This document shows, piece after piece, positions 9,936 through 20,085 of a stretch of 64,000 bases of DNA. Source of the DNA: Deltaproteobacteria bacterium (GTDB lineage: Bacteria > Myxococcota > Kuafuiibacteriia > Kuafuiibacteriales > Kuafuiibacteriaceae); assembly GCA_040218735.1 (NCBI GenBank), contig JAVJQW010000041.1:128001-192000 (forward strand), read 5' to 3'. Each line of letters opens with the position of its first letter. Position 1 is the first letter of the stretch. The notes under the pieces were generated by a model. The model searched no databases, was not told the DNA's origin, and worked only from the letters and a program-made list of their open reading frames with translations. A program made the position numbers and the translations under genes.

Positions 9936-11089
9936 GCCTCGGCCTCCGGTCGCTGCTGTGTGCGCGTCGCGTTCACGAGGCCCACGGCGTCGTCGAGGAG
10001 CACCTCGCCGTCCTTCGGGGACGGGACGAACTTCGCGTACTTCACCTCGTCGGCGAGGCGGAGGAGGTGCGTCATCTTGTCGAGGTCGAGGCCGTCGGTC
10101 TTGCGCGCACGCAGGATGTCGATCAGCTCGTCGACCGTGAGATCCAGCGAATCGAACGACCACCGTCCGCCCGCGTACGCACGGAGGATCGCGGACAGCT
10201 CCGTGTAGAACGTCTTGTGGTCGCCGCGTTCGAGGTGCGCCGCGGAGCGCAGCGCGGAGAGCGCCTCCAGCGCGATCTCGTGCGCCGGACGCGGCGGGGG
10301 CGGCGGCGGCGCAGGTTTGGCGGCCTCGCGACGCTTCGCGACGACCCGCGCGGCCCACAGCACGAGCCCCAACAGGAGCACCGCGCCGAGCACCCAGAAC
10401 AGCGTCCAGTCGTCGACCATCACCGCCTGCGGCGGCGGGTTCTGCGCGACGAGCGTCTCGAGCGCTTGCATCGCTTCGGCCTCGGTCGAGCTGACCGCCG
10501 CGAGCTCTTCACCTTCGAAGCCGGACTCGATCGTCAGCTCCATCGGCGCGGTCGCCGCCGTCGTGGCGCCGAGCGCGAGCGGGATCGACGGGATGGTGAC
10601 CAAGCCACGGTCGAACGCGATGAGCTCCAGCTCGTAGCGATCGATCTCGACGTCTCCCTCCACGTTGCGGAGGTGTTGCCGCGCGGAAGCGCGCTCTTCG
10701 ACGGCGCTCCCCAGGTCGAGCGGGGATGGCAACAACGCGATGCCCCCGGGCGGGTGCTTCGCGATGACGACGAACTTGAAGGGCTCGCCGATCTTCACGA
10801 CCTCGCGCCCTTCTTCGATCGCGAAGTCGGCCTCCACTTCGAGGCCGCCCGCGGCGTTTGCGGCGGTGGGGAGGGCCGCGAGGATCACGGCGATGAGGAA
10901 AGCTCGCAGCCTGCGGCCCGCAGCCGGCAGCCGGAGGGAGGCCGGTCGCCGCCCCGGCGGTTCGTCCTGCCCGTGTGCGTACGCGGGTCGTCGAGAGCGA
11001 CGTCGCTCGGCGCGCTGCACGGCAGGGTCCGCAGGTACGAAGCCTCCGGCTAGCGGCGGCGCGCTGCGAGCTGCTCGCTTCACCGTCAC
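9932..11089 (-). CDS. Bat-operon accessory membrane protein (BatD-like N-terminus, TM, helical C-terminus), carrying an in-frame palindromic insertion in its signal peptide
   Basis: PAHEIALEAL...FYTELSAILRAY...ADEVKYAK C-terminus; located between DUF58 and batA. Confidence 0.75.
   Translation of the reverse strand: MTVKRAARSAPPLAGGFVPADPAVQRAERRRSRRPAYAHGQDEPPGRRPASLRLPAAGRRLRAFLIAVILAALPTAANAAGGLEVEADFAIEEGREVVKIGEPFKFVVIAKHPPGGIALLPSPLDLGSAVEERASARQHLRNVEGDVEIDRYELELIAFDRGLVTIPSIPLALGATTAATAPMELTIESGFEGEELAAVSSTEAEAMQALETLVAQNPPPQAVMVDDWTLFWVLGAVLLLGLVLWAARVVAKRREAAKPAPPPPPPRPAHEIALEALSALRSAAHLERGDHKTFYTELSAILRAYAGGRWSFDSLDLTVDELIDILRARKTDGLDLDKMTHLLRLADEVKYAKFVPSPKDGEVLLDDAVGLVNATRTQQRPEAEA
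10901..11072. mobile_element. ~171-bp nested palindromic element (MITE/RPE-like) inside a CDS
   Basis: Terminal IR AGCTCGCAGC/GCTGCGAGCT; inner IR AGCCGGAGG/CCTCCGGCT; central palindrome GAGCGACGTCGCTC. Confidence 0.55.
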
Positions 11090-12017
11090 CGTCCCGACCT
11101 CAGGCGCGCGGAGCGCGTGCGGAAGAAGCTGATGAGCGGGGCGACGTAGTCGGCGTCCGTCGACAGGTCGATCACGTCGCAGCCGAGCTGGCGCAGGCGG
11201 CGGTCCGCGTCGTCGAGCGCGCGGCGTCTTCGCGCCGTGAAGGCGTCGCGCACCTTCTTCGACGACGAGTCGACCAACCGCACCTCGCCGGTCTCGGCGT
11301 CGACGAGCTCGAGGAGGCCGAGGTCCGGCAGCTCGATCTCCGCCGGGTCCTTCACGCGCGCGGCGACCACGTCGTGGCGCGCCATCGCGATCTTGAGCGG
11401 CGAGTCGAAGCCTTCGTCGAGGAAGTCGGACAACAGGAACACCACGGCGCGCCGCTTCATCACGCGCGACAGGAACGCGAGCGCTTCGCCGATGTTCGTG
11501 CCGCGGCCCTTCGGTCTCGCCTCGACGATCTCGCGGATCACGCGCAGCACGTGCGGCTTCCCTTTGCGCGGTGCGAGGTACAGCTCGACCTCGTCGGTGA
11601 ACAACACGAGGCCGACGCGGTCGTTGTTCTTGATCGCCGAGAATGCGAGCGTCGCGCCGAGCTCCGCGAGGAGGCGGCGCTTCGGTTTGACCTTCGTGCC
11701 GAAGTCACCGGAGCCCGACAGGTCGACGAGGAGGATCACCGTCAGCTCGCGCTCCTCCACGAACTGCTTCACGAACAGCCCCTGGTCCTGGTGGCGCGCG
11801 GAGACGTTCCAGTCGATGTGCCGGATGTCGTCGCCCGGGGCGTACGGCCGCACCTCCGAGAACGCCATGCCCTGGCCCTTGAAGACGGAGTGGTAGCGCC
11901 CCGCGAGCTCCGCGTTCACGGCGCGGCGGGTCGCGATCTCGATGCGCCGGACCGTTCGGAGCAGCTCGCGCGCGTCGGAGGGTGCGCTCGTCTCGCCGGC
12001 GGTCTGGGCGTCGTCGT

Positions 12018-12021
<4 letters not shown>
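11086..12021 (-). CDS. DUF58 domain protein (MoxR partner)
   Basis: YHSVFKGQGMAFSEVRPYAPGDDIRHIDWNVSAR; LLSDF. Confidence 0.92.
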
Positions 12022-13034
<1,013 letters not shown>

Positions 13035-13107
13035 CGCTGAATGACCCTCCTCGCGCTGATGGACACGCGTCCTAGCACAGTCATTCCCGAGACGTGAACA
13101 CGAGCGC

Positions 13108-13136
13108 TTGACTTGTCGCCGACCCGTACGTACCTC
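13108..13136 (+). promoter_or_regulatory. Possible sigma70-type promoter for 13145
   Basis: TTGACT-N17-TACCTC; the -10 element is weak. Confidence 0.3.
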
Positions 13137-13144
13137 GCTGACCG

Positions 13145-13417
13145 ATGACCGATGACGTGAAGCTCGACACCCGAACGGTGGAGCGCCACATCGCGGCGGG
13201 ACGCCTCAGTCGCGCCGACTACGACAAACACCTCGCCAGCCTCCCGGACCTCGCCGAAGAGGCGGAGTTCGTCGACTACGCGCAGCAGTTCCGCGAGGAG
13301 GCGCAGCAGGAGCAGGCCGAGGCCCAGGCCGCCGAAGCCGGCGAGGCCGCGCCTGCCGCCGAAGGCGAGGCACCCGCGCCCGCGCCGAACCCCGGCGGAT
13401 CCACGCTCCTCGGCTGA
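13145..13417 (+). CDS. Small hypothetical protein
   Basis: LDTRTVERHIAAGRLSRADYDKHLASLPD followed by an acidic Ala/Glu tail; good codon bias. Confidence 0.75.
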   Translation: MTDDVKLDTRTVERHIAAGRLSRADYDKHLASLPDLAEEAEFVDYAQQFREEAQQEQAEAQAAEAGEAAPAAEGEAPAPAPNPGGSTLLG

Positions 13418-13428
13418 GACGCGGCGCG

Positions 13429-13710
13429 ATGAGCGACGCACCGGACAAGACCGAACGCCGCGGCCCCACGCTCGGCTTCTCGGAGTTCATCCTGTCCATC
13501 GGGACGAACGCGCTCGAGTTCTTGGGCCACAAGGACGACGACATGGTCCCCTCCGCCGCCGACCTCGCGCAGGCGGCGCAGTTCATCGACATCATCGCGA
13601 TGCTCAAGGTGAAGACCGCCGGCAACCTCGACCCGGAAGAGCAGAACCTGATCGATGCGCTCCTGTACGACCTCAGGATGAAGTACCTCGAGGTCGCCAA
13701 CGCGCAGTGA
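13429..13710 (+). CDS. DUF1844 family protein
   Basis: FSEFILSI...A..ID...L..KT.GNL..EE..L....LYDLRMKY pattern. Confidence 0.85.
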   Translation: MSDAPDKTERRGPTLGFSEFILSIGTNALEFLGHKDDDMVPSAADLAQAAQFIDIIAMLKVKTAGNLDPEEQNLIDALLYDLRMKYLEVANAQ

Positions 13711-13745
13711 CGCGCGTCGGCTCGTCGATGTAAGGTGCGACGGAC

Positions 13746-15257
13746 GTGGCGGGCATGACGCCGGTCCTACTCATCGACGACAACGTCGAGTTCGTCGGCC
13801 TCCTCGGCACCCTGTTCGAAGAACAGGGCCTGCTGCCCCACCTCGCACACTCGGGCACCGCGGCGCTCTTCGAATGTGAGCGTCGCCGGCACGCGGCCAT
13901 CGTCCTCGATCTCCTCCTCCCCGACACCACCGGGCAGCGACTGCTGACGTCGATGCTGGAGCGCGGCTGGGCGCTACCGCCCGTGTTCGTGATGACCGGC
14001 GTGTTCAAGGGCGACAACCAGCGCTCGAAGGTCGAGGGGGTCCACGCGATCGCGGGCTGGTACGAAAAGCCCTTCGACACGCGTCTGCTCGTCGAGAAGG
14101 TCGTCGCGACGATCGGCCGCGACGTCGTCGCGCGCGGCCAGCACCAACCGGTCGGCCAGGTCGTAGGCGACTACGAGATCAACATCCTCGAGCCGTCGGA
14201 CGATCTGATCGTCGACATCGATCTCGGGGAGGAGGACGTCGTCCACGAGCCGCTGATCGATCTGTCGGTCGAGCAGCCGTACTGGGAGTCCGAGACCGCG
14301 GCGCCGATGGGGCTCCCGGAGGAGCCGACCGCGAAGCGGATGCTCCCGCCGCGCAGCGCCGACCTCGGCGAGCTGAGCGACGACGATCCCTCGATGGTGA
14401 CGGTGATGCCGAGCGCGCGCCCGCCGCCCACGCCGCCTCCGCCGCCCAAGGATCCGTTCGCCGACAACTCGAGCGGCTTCGGCGCGAACACGACGCCTTC
14501 TCCGGGGCCGTCGCCCGCGCAGGTCCGCGAGGATCTGCGGACGTCGCTCCGCTCCGGGGATCTCGCGACCACCACCGTCCCGCGGCTGATCAACGCGTTC
14601 TACATCGCGCAGGAGACGGGGGAGATCGCGTTCGAGCGCGCGAACCAGCGCAAGGTCGTCTACTTCGAGAAGGGGCGCCCGGTGTACGCGGTCTCGAACC
14701 AGGAGACGGACCGGATGGCCGTGTTCGTCAAACGCGTCGCCGGCATCACGCACAAGCAGCTCCTCGCCGGCCTCAACGAGGCGAAGGCCACCAAGCAGAT
14801 CCTCGTCGACGTGTTGATCGATCGCGGGTTCATCGAGGCCGACAAACGTCAGGACCTGATTCGCGAGCAGACCCGAGGGCTCGTGCGCAGCCTCTTCACG
14901 TGGACGTCGGGGCGCTACGTCGTAGGGTTCAACGCCGACGCCGCCACCGAGCGCGTCGAGCTGCAGGAGCACCCGGGCGCGTTGGTCCTCGCGGGGGTCC
15001 GCGACCTCTTCGAGCTCAAGCGCCTCCGCGAGCTGCTCGCCGACGAGCTGTGTCCGATCCCCGCGCCGAACCCGCCGTTCGGCCTCGAGGAGCTCCCGCT
15101 CGGCGACGCCGAGGCGGTGCTCCTGCTCCAGGTCACGGGGAGCCGCACGGTGCGCGAGCTGGTGGAGGGCCAGGGGACCCGCCTCGACGAGCGCGCGGTC
15201 CGCGCGACGCTGTACGCGTTACTCTGTCTCGGGGTCTTCGGGCTCGTGCCGGGGTGA
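13746..15257 (+). CDS. Response regulator: REC domain + Pro/acidic linker + DUF4388
   Basis: LLIDDN...VLDLLLPD...MTG...EKPF receiver; SGDLATTTVPRLI...TGEIAF...VYFEKG...LFTWTSGRY DUF4388-like domain. Confidence 0.85.
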   Translation: MAGMTPVLLIDDNVEFVGLLGTLFEEQGLLPHLAHSGTAALFECERRRHAAIVLDLLLPDTTGQRLLTSMLERGWALPPVFVMTGVFKGDNQRSKVEGVHAIAGWYEKPFDTRLLVEKVVATIGRDVVARGQHQPVGQVVGDYEINILEPSDDLIVDIDLGEEDVVHEPLIDLSVEQPYWESETAAPMGLPEEPTAKRMLPPRSADLGELSDDDPSMVTVMPSARPPPTPPPPPKDPFADNSSGFGANTTPSPGPSPAQVREDLRTSLRSGDLATTTVPRLINAFYIAQETGEIAFERANQRKVVYFEKGRPVYAVSNQETDRMAVFVKRVAGITHKQLLAGLNEAKATKQILVDVLIDRGFIEADKRQDLIREQTRGLVRSLFTWTSGRYVVGFNADAATERVELQEHPGALVLAGVRDLFELKRLRELLADELCPIPAPNPPFGLEELPLGDAEAVLLLQVTGSRTVRELVEGQGTRLDERAVRATLYALLCLGVFGLVPG

Positions 15258-15692
15258 GACGGGCTGAAGCGACGCGAACAGGTCGACCTTCCACGCCTCG
15301 CCTTCCTTCACCATCCGGATGTCCGCGCTGTCGCCGCTCTTCACGGCGACGCGGAGCAGGACTTGCTCGTCGTCGGGCCGCGAGGCTTCGGCGATGCTCT
15401 CGGGGGTCGAGATCCGCTCGATGTCGAGCGTCTTGAAGATGAGGTACGCGGGGGAGGCGTCCTCGTCGCCGCCGCCGGCTTCGACGAGCGCGAGGTGGCG
15501 ACGGCGCAGCTCGGTCTTGCTGCCCTCCGAGAGTTTGTCGAAGGCGCGCTCGCCGCGGCGTGCGTGAATGTCCTCGAGGAATTGCTCGCACGTCTGTTTG
15601 GCGTCGAGGCTCTGTTTGGGACACGCCCACAGTGCCGACGCGGCGAGGATCGTGGCGACGATGTACAGGGGAGAACGCACGGCACGCGACAA
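15219..15692 (-). CDS. Putative lipoprotein (NTF2-like fold possible)
   Basis: Lipobox LWAC; C-terminal MVKEGEAWKVD. Confidence 0.7.
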   Translation of the reverse strand: MSRAVRSPLYIVATILAASALWACPKQSLDAKQTCEQFLEDIHARRGERAFDKLSEGSKTELRRRHLALVEAGGGDEDASPAYLIFKTLDIERISTPESIAEASRPDDEQVLLRVAVKSGDSADIRMVKEGEAWKVDLFASLQPVSPRHEPEDPETE

Positions 15693-15717
15693 AATCGACG
15701 CACCGCGACGCTACACG

Positions 15718-15746
15718 TTGACAGTCGCCCTGTGAATCTTTTCTAT
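15718..15746 (+). promoter_or_regulatory. Sigma70-type promoter for the tRNA-Gln/prs operon
   Basis: Perfect TTGACA at 15718, 17-nt spacer, weak -10 TTCTAT, then the tRNA 18 nt later. Confidence 0.5.
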
Positions 15747-15764
15747 CGCACCCGAAACGAGTCC

Positions 15765-15838
15765 TGGGGCGTCGCCAAGTTGGTTAAGGCATCGGTTTTT
15801 GGTACCGACACGCGAAGGTTCGAATCCTTCCGCCCCAA
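15765..15838 (+). tRNA. tRNA-Gln(TTG)
   Basis: Acceptor stem TGGGGCG/CGCCCCA; D loop AAGTTGGTTAA; anticodon arm TCGGT-TTTTGGT-ACCGA; T loop GGTTCGAATCC; CCA not encoded. Position upstream of prs is the classic one. Confidence 0.95.
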
Positions 15839-15868
15839 TCTCGGACATCGCGGACGAAGGGGTCCTGG

Positions 15869-16813
15869 GTGGTAGGCAACGTCCTCAAGATCTTCACGGG
15901 TAACAGTAACCCGGACCTCGCCGAGGCGGTGGTCCAACAGCTCGACGTACCGCTCGGGCGCGCCAAGGTCGGGCGCTTCTCCGACGGCGAGATCAACGTC
16001 ACGATCGACGAGAACGTTCGGTCCTCCGACGTGTTCTTGATCCAGTCGTCGTGCTCGCCGGCCAACGAGAACCTGATGGAGCTGCTCGTCATGCTCGACG
16101 CGCTCCGTCGGGCCTCGGCGGAGCACATCACGGCGGTCATCCCGTACTACGGGTACGCGCGGCAGGACCGAAAGGTCGCGCCGCGTACGCCGATCACCGC
16201 GAAGTTGATCGCGGATCTGATCGGGACCGCCGGGGCGACGCGGGTGCTGTCGATCGACATGCACGCCGGGCAGATCCAGGGGTTCTTCAACGTGCCCTTC
16301 GATCACCTCTACGCGATGCCCGTGCTGCTCGATCACATGCGGCAGCAGTTCGATCCGAGCGTGGTGATCGTGAGCCCGGACGCCGGCGGCGTCGAGCGCG
16401 CGCGCGCCTACGGCAAACGGCTCAACTGCTCGATCGGCATGATCGACAAGCGGCGTCCGCGTCCGAACGAAGCCAAGGTGATGAACGTCCTCGGTGACGT
16501 CGAGGACAAGGACGTCATCATCCTCGACGACATGATCGACACCGCCGGCACGCTGTGCGCGGCGGCGGGGGCGCTCCGCGAACGCGGGGCCCGGAAGATC
16601 TTCGCGTACGCTTCGCACGCGGTGTTCTCCGGACCGGCGGTCGAGCGCATCGAGGCGTCGGTGATGGACAAGGTCGTCATCACGAACACGATCCCGCTCT
16701 CGGAAGCGGCGCAGGCTTGTGCGAAGATCGAGCAGATCTCCGTGGCGCCCCTGATCGCGGAAGCGATTCGGCGCATCCACCACGGCGATTCGGTCTCGAG
16801 CCTGTTCGTATGA
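15869..16813 (+). CDS. prs: Ribose-phosphate pyrophosphokinase
   Basis: FSDGE; PYYGYARQDRK; VSPDAGG; DDMIDTAGT. Confidence 0.97.
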   Translation: MVGNVLKIFTGNSNPDLAEAVVQQLDVPLGRAKVGRFSDGEINVTIDENVRSSDVFLIQSSCSPANENLMELLVMLDALRRASAEHITAVIPYYGYARQDRKVAPRTPITAKLIADLIGTAGATRVLSIDMHAGQIQGFFNVPFDHLYAMPVLLDHMRQQFDPSVVIVSPDAGGVERARAYGKRLNCSIGMIDKRRPRPNEAKVMNVLGDVEDKDVIILDDMIDTAGTLCAAAGALRERGARKIFAYASHAVFSGPAVERIEASVMDKVVITNTIPLSEAAQACAKIEQISVAPLIAEAIRRIHHGDSVSSLFV

Positions 16814-17454
16814 AGCGCTGCTCCCGCCTCGCCCTCTTTGCGGTCGTCACGGCTTCGGTGCTGGGCGCGTGCAAGGGCGAGTCGGGGCCGTCGGGGAACC
16901 CGGGTTCGGTCGGTGCGCCCGGCGCGGACGGACCGGCGGGACCGCCCGGGGCGATGGGCCCCGCGGGGCCGACGGGCCTGGCAGGCCTCGACGGCCTCGA
17001 AGGCGGCACGCCCTACCTGCTCACCAACCCGCTCGAGGGTGTCATCCAGTTCGGCGACGGTGCGCAGGTGGTCGACCTCGGGTCGGTGGACCTCGTCCCC
17101 GCCCAGGACGGCGCGTACCTGGTGCGCGTCCACTACCGGGGCACCGTAGCGAAGCGGGATCAGACGGGATTTTGTCGGGTGAGCGTCACCGTCCTCCAGG
17201 ATGGGATGCCGGGGCCGCTCCTCGAAGAGCTCGTCGGCGTGCACGGAGCGCCCGTCGCGGGGCGGCTGGAGCTGTCGGTCGGCGGGACGATGCAGACGCT
17301 CGTGCAGGCGATCGCCGGGGTGCCGATGACCGTCCGGGTGCAGATCCAACGGTTCGACGACAACTGCGCGGACGGCGCCGGACCGGAGCAGATCGCCCGG
17401 ATCGCAGCGCAGGTCGACGCGACCTTCCACCGCTTCGCGCTCCAGGCCGAATGA
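16810..17454 (+). CDS. Collagen-like (G-X-Y)14 lipoprotein with a beta-rich C-terminal domain
   Basis: ATG overlaps the prs stop (ATGA); lipobox LGAC; GESGPSGNPGSVGAPGADGPAGPPGAMGPAGPTGLAGLDGLE. Confidence 0.8.
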   Translation: MKRCSRLALFAVVTASVLGACKGESGPSGNPGSVGAPGADGPAGPPGAMGPAGPTGLAGLDGLEGGTPYLLTNPLEGVIQFGDGAQVVDLGSVDLVPAQDGAYLVRVHYRGTVAKRDQTGFCRVSVTVLQDGMPGPLLEELVGVHGAPVAGRLELSVGGTMQTLVQAIAGVPMTVRVQIQRFDDNCADGAGPEQIARIAAQVDATFHRFALQAE

Positions 17455-17500
17455 TCGATTGACGACCTCGATGGTGCGTGCTACCTGCGCCCACTCCGCG

Positions 17501-18142
17501 ATGGAACACGAGGTCTTGCAAGTCGAAACACGTACCACGGGCAAGAAGGGCCTCGCGCGCAAGATGCGTGCGGCCGGCCGTGTGCCTGGGGTTCTGTACG
17601 GGCACAAGGAAGCGCCGGTGCACCTTTCGGTGGACCCGCGCGCCATGTCCAGGAGCATTCGCTCGACGGGTAAGGGCACCAACACCTTGTTCAAGGTGGA
17701 GGGCCTCGACCGTGAGGTGCTCGCGCTCGTCAAGGACGCGCAGATTCACCCCGTGAAGCGCAACCTCCTGCACGTCGATCTGATCGAGGTGCGGGACGGC
17801 GATCGCCTCGTCGTGGAAGTGCCGCTCGAGTTCAAGGGCAAGCCGGCTGGTGTCGTGCTGGGTGGTGCCCTCGAGATCGCGCGGCGCACGGTGAAGCTCG
17901 ACGTGAGCCCGCTCGCGGTGCCCACGTCGGTGACGGTCAATCTCGAGCCGCTCAAGATCGGCGACAACCTCCACGTCAGCGACCTCACGCTGCCGGAGGG
18001 GACGTCGGCTCCTGATCCGCGGCTAGCGGTCTGCGCCGTGAAGGCGCCGAAGCGCGAGGAGACCACAGAGACGGCAGAGGGCGAGGAAGGCGAAGAAGGC
18101 GCCGCGCCCGCTGCGGAGTCGGCGACCGCCGCCGACTCCTGA
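17501..18142 (+). CDS. rplY: 50S ribosomal protein L25/Ctc
   Basis: RTTGKKGLARKMRAAGRVPGVLYG; QIHPV...LHVDL; C-terminal Ctc domain. Confidence 0.95.
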   Translation: MEHEVLQVETRTTGKKGLARKMRAAGRVPGVLYGHKEAPVHLSVDPRAMSRSIRSTGKGTNTLFKVEGLDREVLALVKDAQIHPVKRNLLHVDLIEVRDGDRLVVEVPLEFKGKPAGVVLGGALEIARRTVKLDVSPLAVPTSVTVNLEPLKIGDNLHVSDLTLPEGTSAPDPRLAVCAVKAPKREETTETAEGEEGEEGAAPAAESATAADS

Positions 18143-18157
18143 TTCAGGTTCGTCGTC

Positions 18158-18826
18158 GTGTGGCTCGTGGTGGGGCTCGGGAATCCGGGCCGCGAGTACG
18201 AGGACACACGGCACAACGTGGGTTTCAAAGTGGTGGAGGCGCTCGCCGACAGGGCGGACGCCGGGATCTTTCAAAAGAAGTTCAGAGCGCGCACGGCCCG
18301 CGCGACGATCGGCGGTCAGGATGTCTGGCTGCTCAAACCGGAGACGTTCATGAACCTCTCCGGCGAGTCGGTGGGTCCCGCTACCGGGTTCTTCAAGATC
18401 CCGACCTCGAACGTGATCGTCGTTCACGACGACATGGACATCGAGCTCGGGTCGGTGAAGCTCAAGCAGGGTGGCGGACACGGCGGGCACAATGGCCTTC
18501 GGAGCTTGAAGGCCCACCTCCCGGACGATGGATTCCTCCGGGTTCGGGTCGGCGTGAGTCGGCCGCCGCCGCAATGGGACCCGGCTGATTGGGTCCTCAG
18601 TCCCTTCCACCGCGAGGAGGAAGAGGCCCTCGGGCGTGCTCTGAAAGAGGCCGCGGGTGCGGTCTCGACGATTCTCCGCCAAGGCATGGCCAAGGCGATG
18701 AATCGCTACAACCGCACCCCGAAGAAGCGGGCGAAGAAGCCCGGAGACGAAACGCAGGCAGCGCCGCCGAATGACGGGGCCGTCGAAGACAACGAAGCGA
18801 AGGCTGAAAGAGATACGAAGTCATGA
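18158..18826 (+). CDS. pth: Peptidyl-tRNA hydrolase
   Basis: VGLGNPG..YEDTRHNVGF; KPETFMNLSG; GGHGGHNGLRS. Confidence 0.97.
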   Translation: MWLVVGLGNPGREYEDTRHNVGFKVVEALADRADAGIFQKKFRARTARATIGGQDVWLLKPETFMNLSGESVGPATGFFKIPTSNVIVVHDDMDIELGSVKLKQGGGHGGHNGLRSLKAHLPDDGFLRVRVGVSRPPPQWDPADWVLSPFHREEEEALGRALKEAAGAVSTILRQGMAKAMNRYNRTPKKRAKKPGDETQAAPPNDGAVEDNEAKAERDTKS

Positions 18827-19254
18827 GCGAAGCGCTGGGAAATCTCCGAGAGTACGAGACGGTGTTCGTCGTGAACCCCGAACTGACCGAAGACGCCCTG
18901 AATTCTGACGTCCTGGACCGCCTGAAGGGTGTCCTGGAGAAGAAGGGCGCCGAGCTCCTTCGCGAGGACGTCTGGGGCAAGAAGAAGATGGCCTTCGAGG
19001 TCAACAAGAACCCCCGCGGCAACTACATCCTGTTCCACTACGTGGGCACGGTCGGCGTCGTCGAAGAGCTCGAGCGCATCATGCGCAACGCCGAGCACGT
19101 GTCCCGCTTCATGACCACGCTCCACGGCGACGTCGCGGACGTCAACGCCAAGCGCGCCGAGGTCGAGAAGATGGTCGAAGAGCGCGCGCAGAAGGCCCGT
19201 GAAGAGGCCGAGCGTGCCGCCAAGGAAGCCGCCGAGGGCGGCGAAGAGGAGTAG
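18823..19254 (+). CDS. rpsF: 30S ribosomal protein S6
   Basis: REYETVFVVNP...WGKKKMAFEV..N.RGNY...ELER. Confidence 0.93.
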   Translation: MSEALGNLREYETVFVVNPELTEDALNSDVLDRLKGVLEKKGAELLREDVWGKKKMAFEVNKNPRGNYILFHYVGTVGVVEELERIMRNAEHVSRFMTTLHGDVADVNAKRAEVEKMVEERAQKAREEAERAAKEAAEGGEEE

Positions 19255-19260
19255 CTCGCC

Positions 19261-19947
19261 ATGATGAAGGTCATCCTCCGTGAAGACGTGCCGAACCTCG
19301 GCGTGGTCGGTGACATGGTCACCGTGCGCGACGGTTACGGCCGCAACTATCTCATCCCTCAGGGCAAGGCGATCTTCGCTTCGGTGAAGTCGATCGCGCA
19401 GCTCGACCACCAAAAGCGCCTCGCCGCGCACCACCGCAAGCAGGCGACCAAGGACGCCGAGGTGGGCAAGCAGAAGATCGAGGGGCTCTCGGTCGTGATG
19501 CAGGCGAAGGTCGCGCCGCCGCAGCTGGACGACGAGGGCGAACCGATCATCGAGACGCTTCAGAAGTTGTTCGGGACGATCACCACGCGCGACATCGCGA
19601 AGGTGGTGAGCGACTCCGGGACGAAGGTCGACCACCGTCGCGTGACGATCACGACGCCGGTGCGCACCGTCGGTAAGTTCTCCGCGTTGGTGCGCCTCGA
19701 CGGCGGCATCATCGCGACGCTCCCCTTCTGGGTCGTGCCGGAGGGAACGTCGGACCTCGAGGCCGGCAAGAAGAACGTGGAGCAGGCGCAGATCGACGCG
19801 AAGCGCGAGGCCGAAGAGGCCCAGGCCGCCGAGGCCGCGAAGCTCGCCGCCGCGCGGGCCGCCGCGGACGCGGAGGCCGAAGCCGCGAACGCCGCCGAGG
19901 AAGAAGGCGACGCCGAAGCCTCGGACGACGCCGAAGCCGACGCCTGA
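19261..19947 (+). CDS. rplI: 50S ribosomal protein L9 with an internal insertion and an acidic tail
   Basis: MKVILREDVPNLG..GD.V.VRDGYGRNYLIPQG; KLFGTIT..DI. Confidence 0.95.
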   Translation: MMKVILREDVPNLGVVGDMVTVRDGYGRNYLIPQGKAIFASVKSIAQLDHQKRLAAHHRKQATKDAEVGKQKIEGLSVVMQAKVAPPQLDDEGEPIIETLQKLFGTITTRDIAKVVSDSGTKVDHRRVTITTPVRTVGKFSALVRLDGGIIATLPFWVVPEGTSDLEAGKKNVEQAQIDAKREAEEAQAAEAAKLAAARAAADAEAEAANAAEEEGDAEASDDAEADA

Positions 19948-19996
19948 TCTTCGAGGCACGCGACTCGGGCAAGACCCGACGCATCCGCAAAAAACG

Positions 19997-20032
19997 AAAG
20001 GCCGGCGTTTGGAACGCCGGCCTTTTTGTTTT
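19997..20032 (+). terminator. Rho-independent terminator after rplI
   Basis: AAAGGCCGGCGTT-TGG-AACGCCGGCCTTT followed by a T-tract. Confidence 0.9.
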
Positions 20033-20085
20033 GGGCAGGGTTGCTCGACCGCGCCCACGTCGACAGAGTGAGCGGCCTTCCTTCC

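Noticed and set aside
1270-10358. Extended N-termini of track ORFs 1270..2832, 4569..5738 and 8919..10358 as fusions or frameshifts
   Set aside because: Each has a GTG start overlapping the upstream gene's stop (GTGA) where the recognisable protein begins; the extensions are off-frame reads of the upstream gene.
15765-15868. tRNA-Gln as an island integration site
   Set aside because: Followed directly by prs in its usual context; no integrase and no duplicated tRNA 3' end seen.
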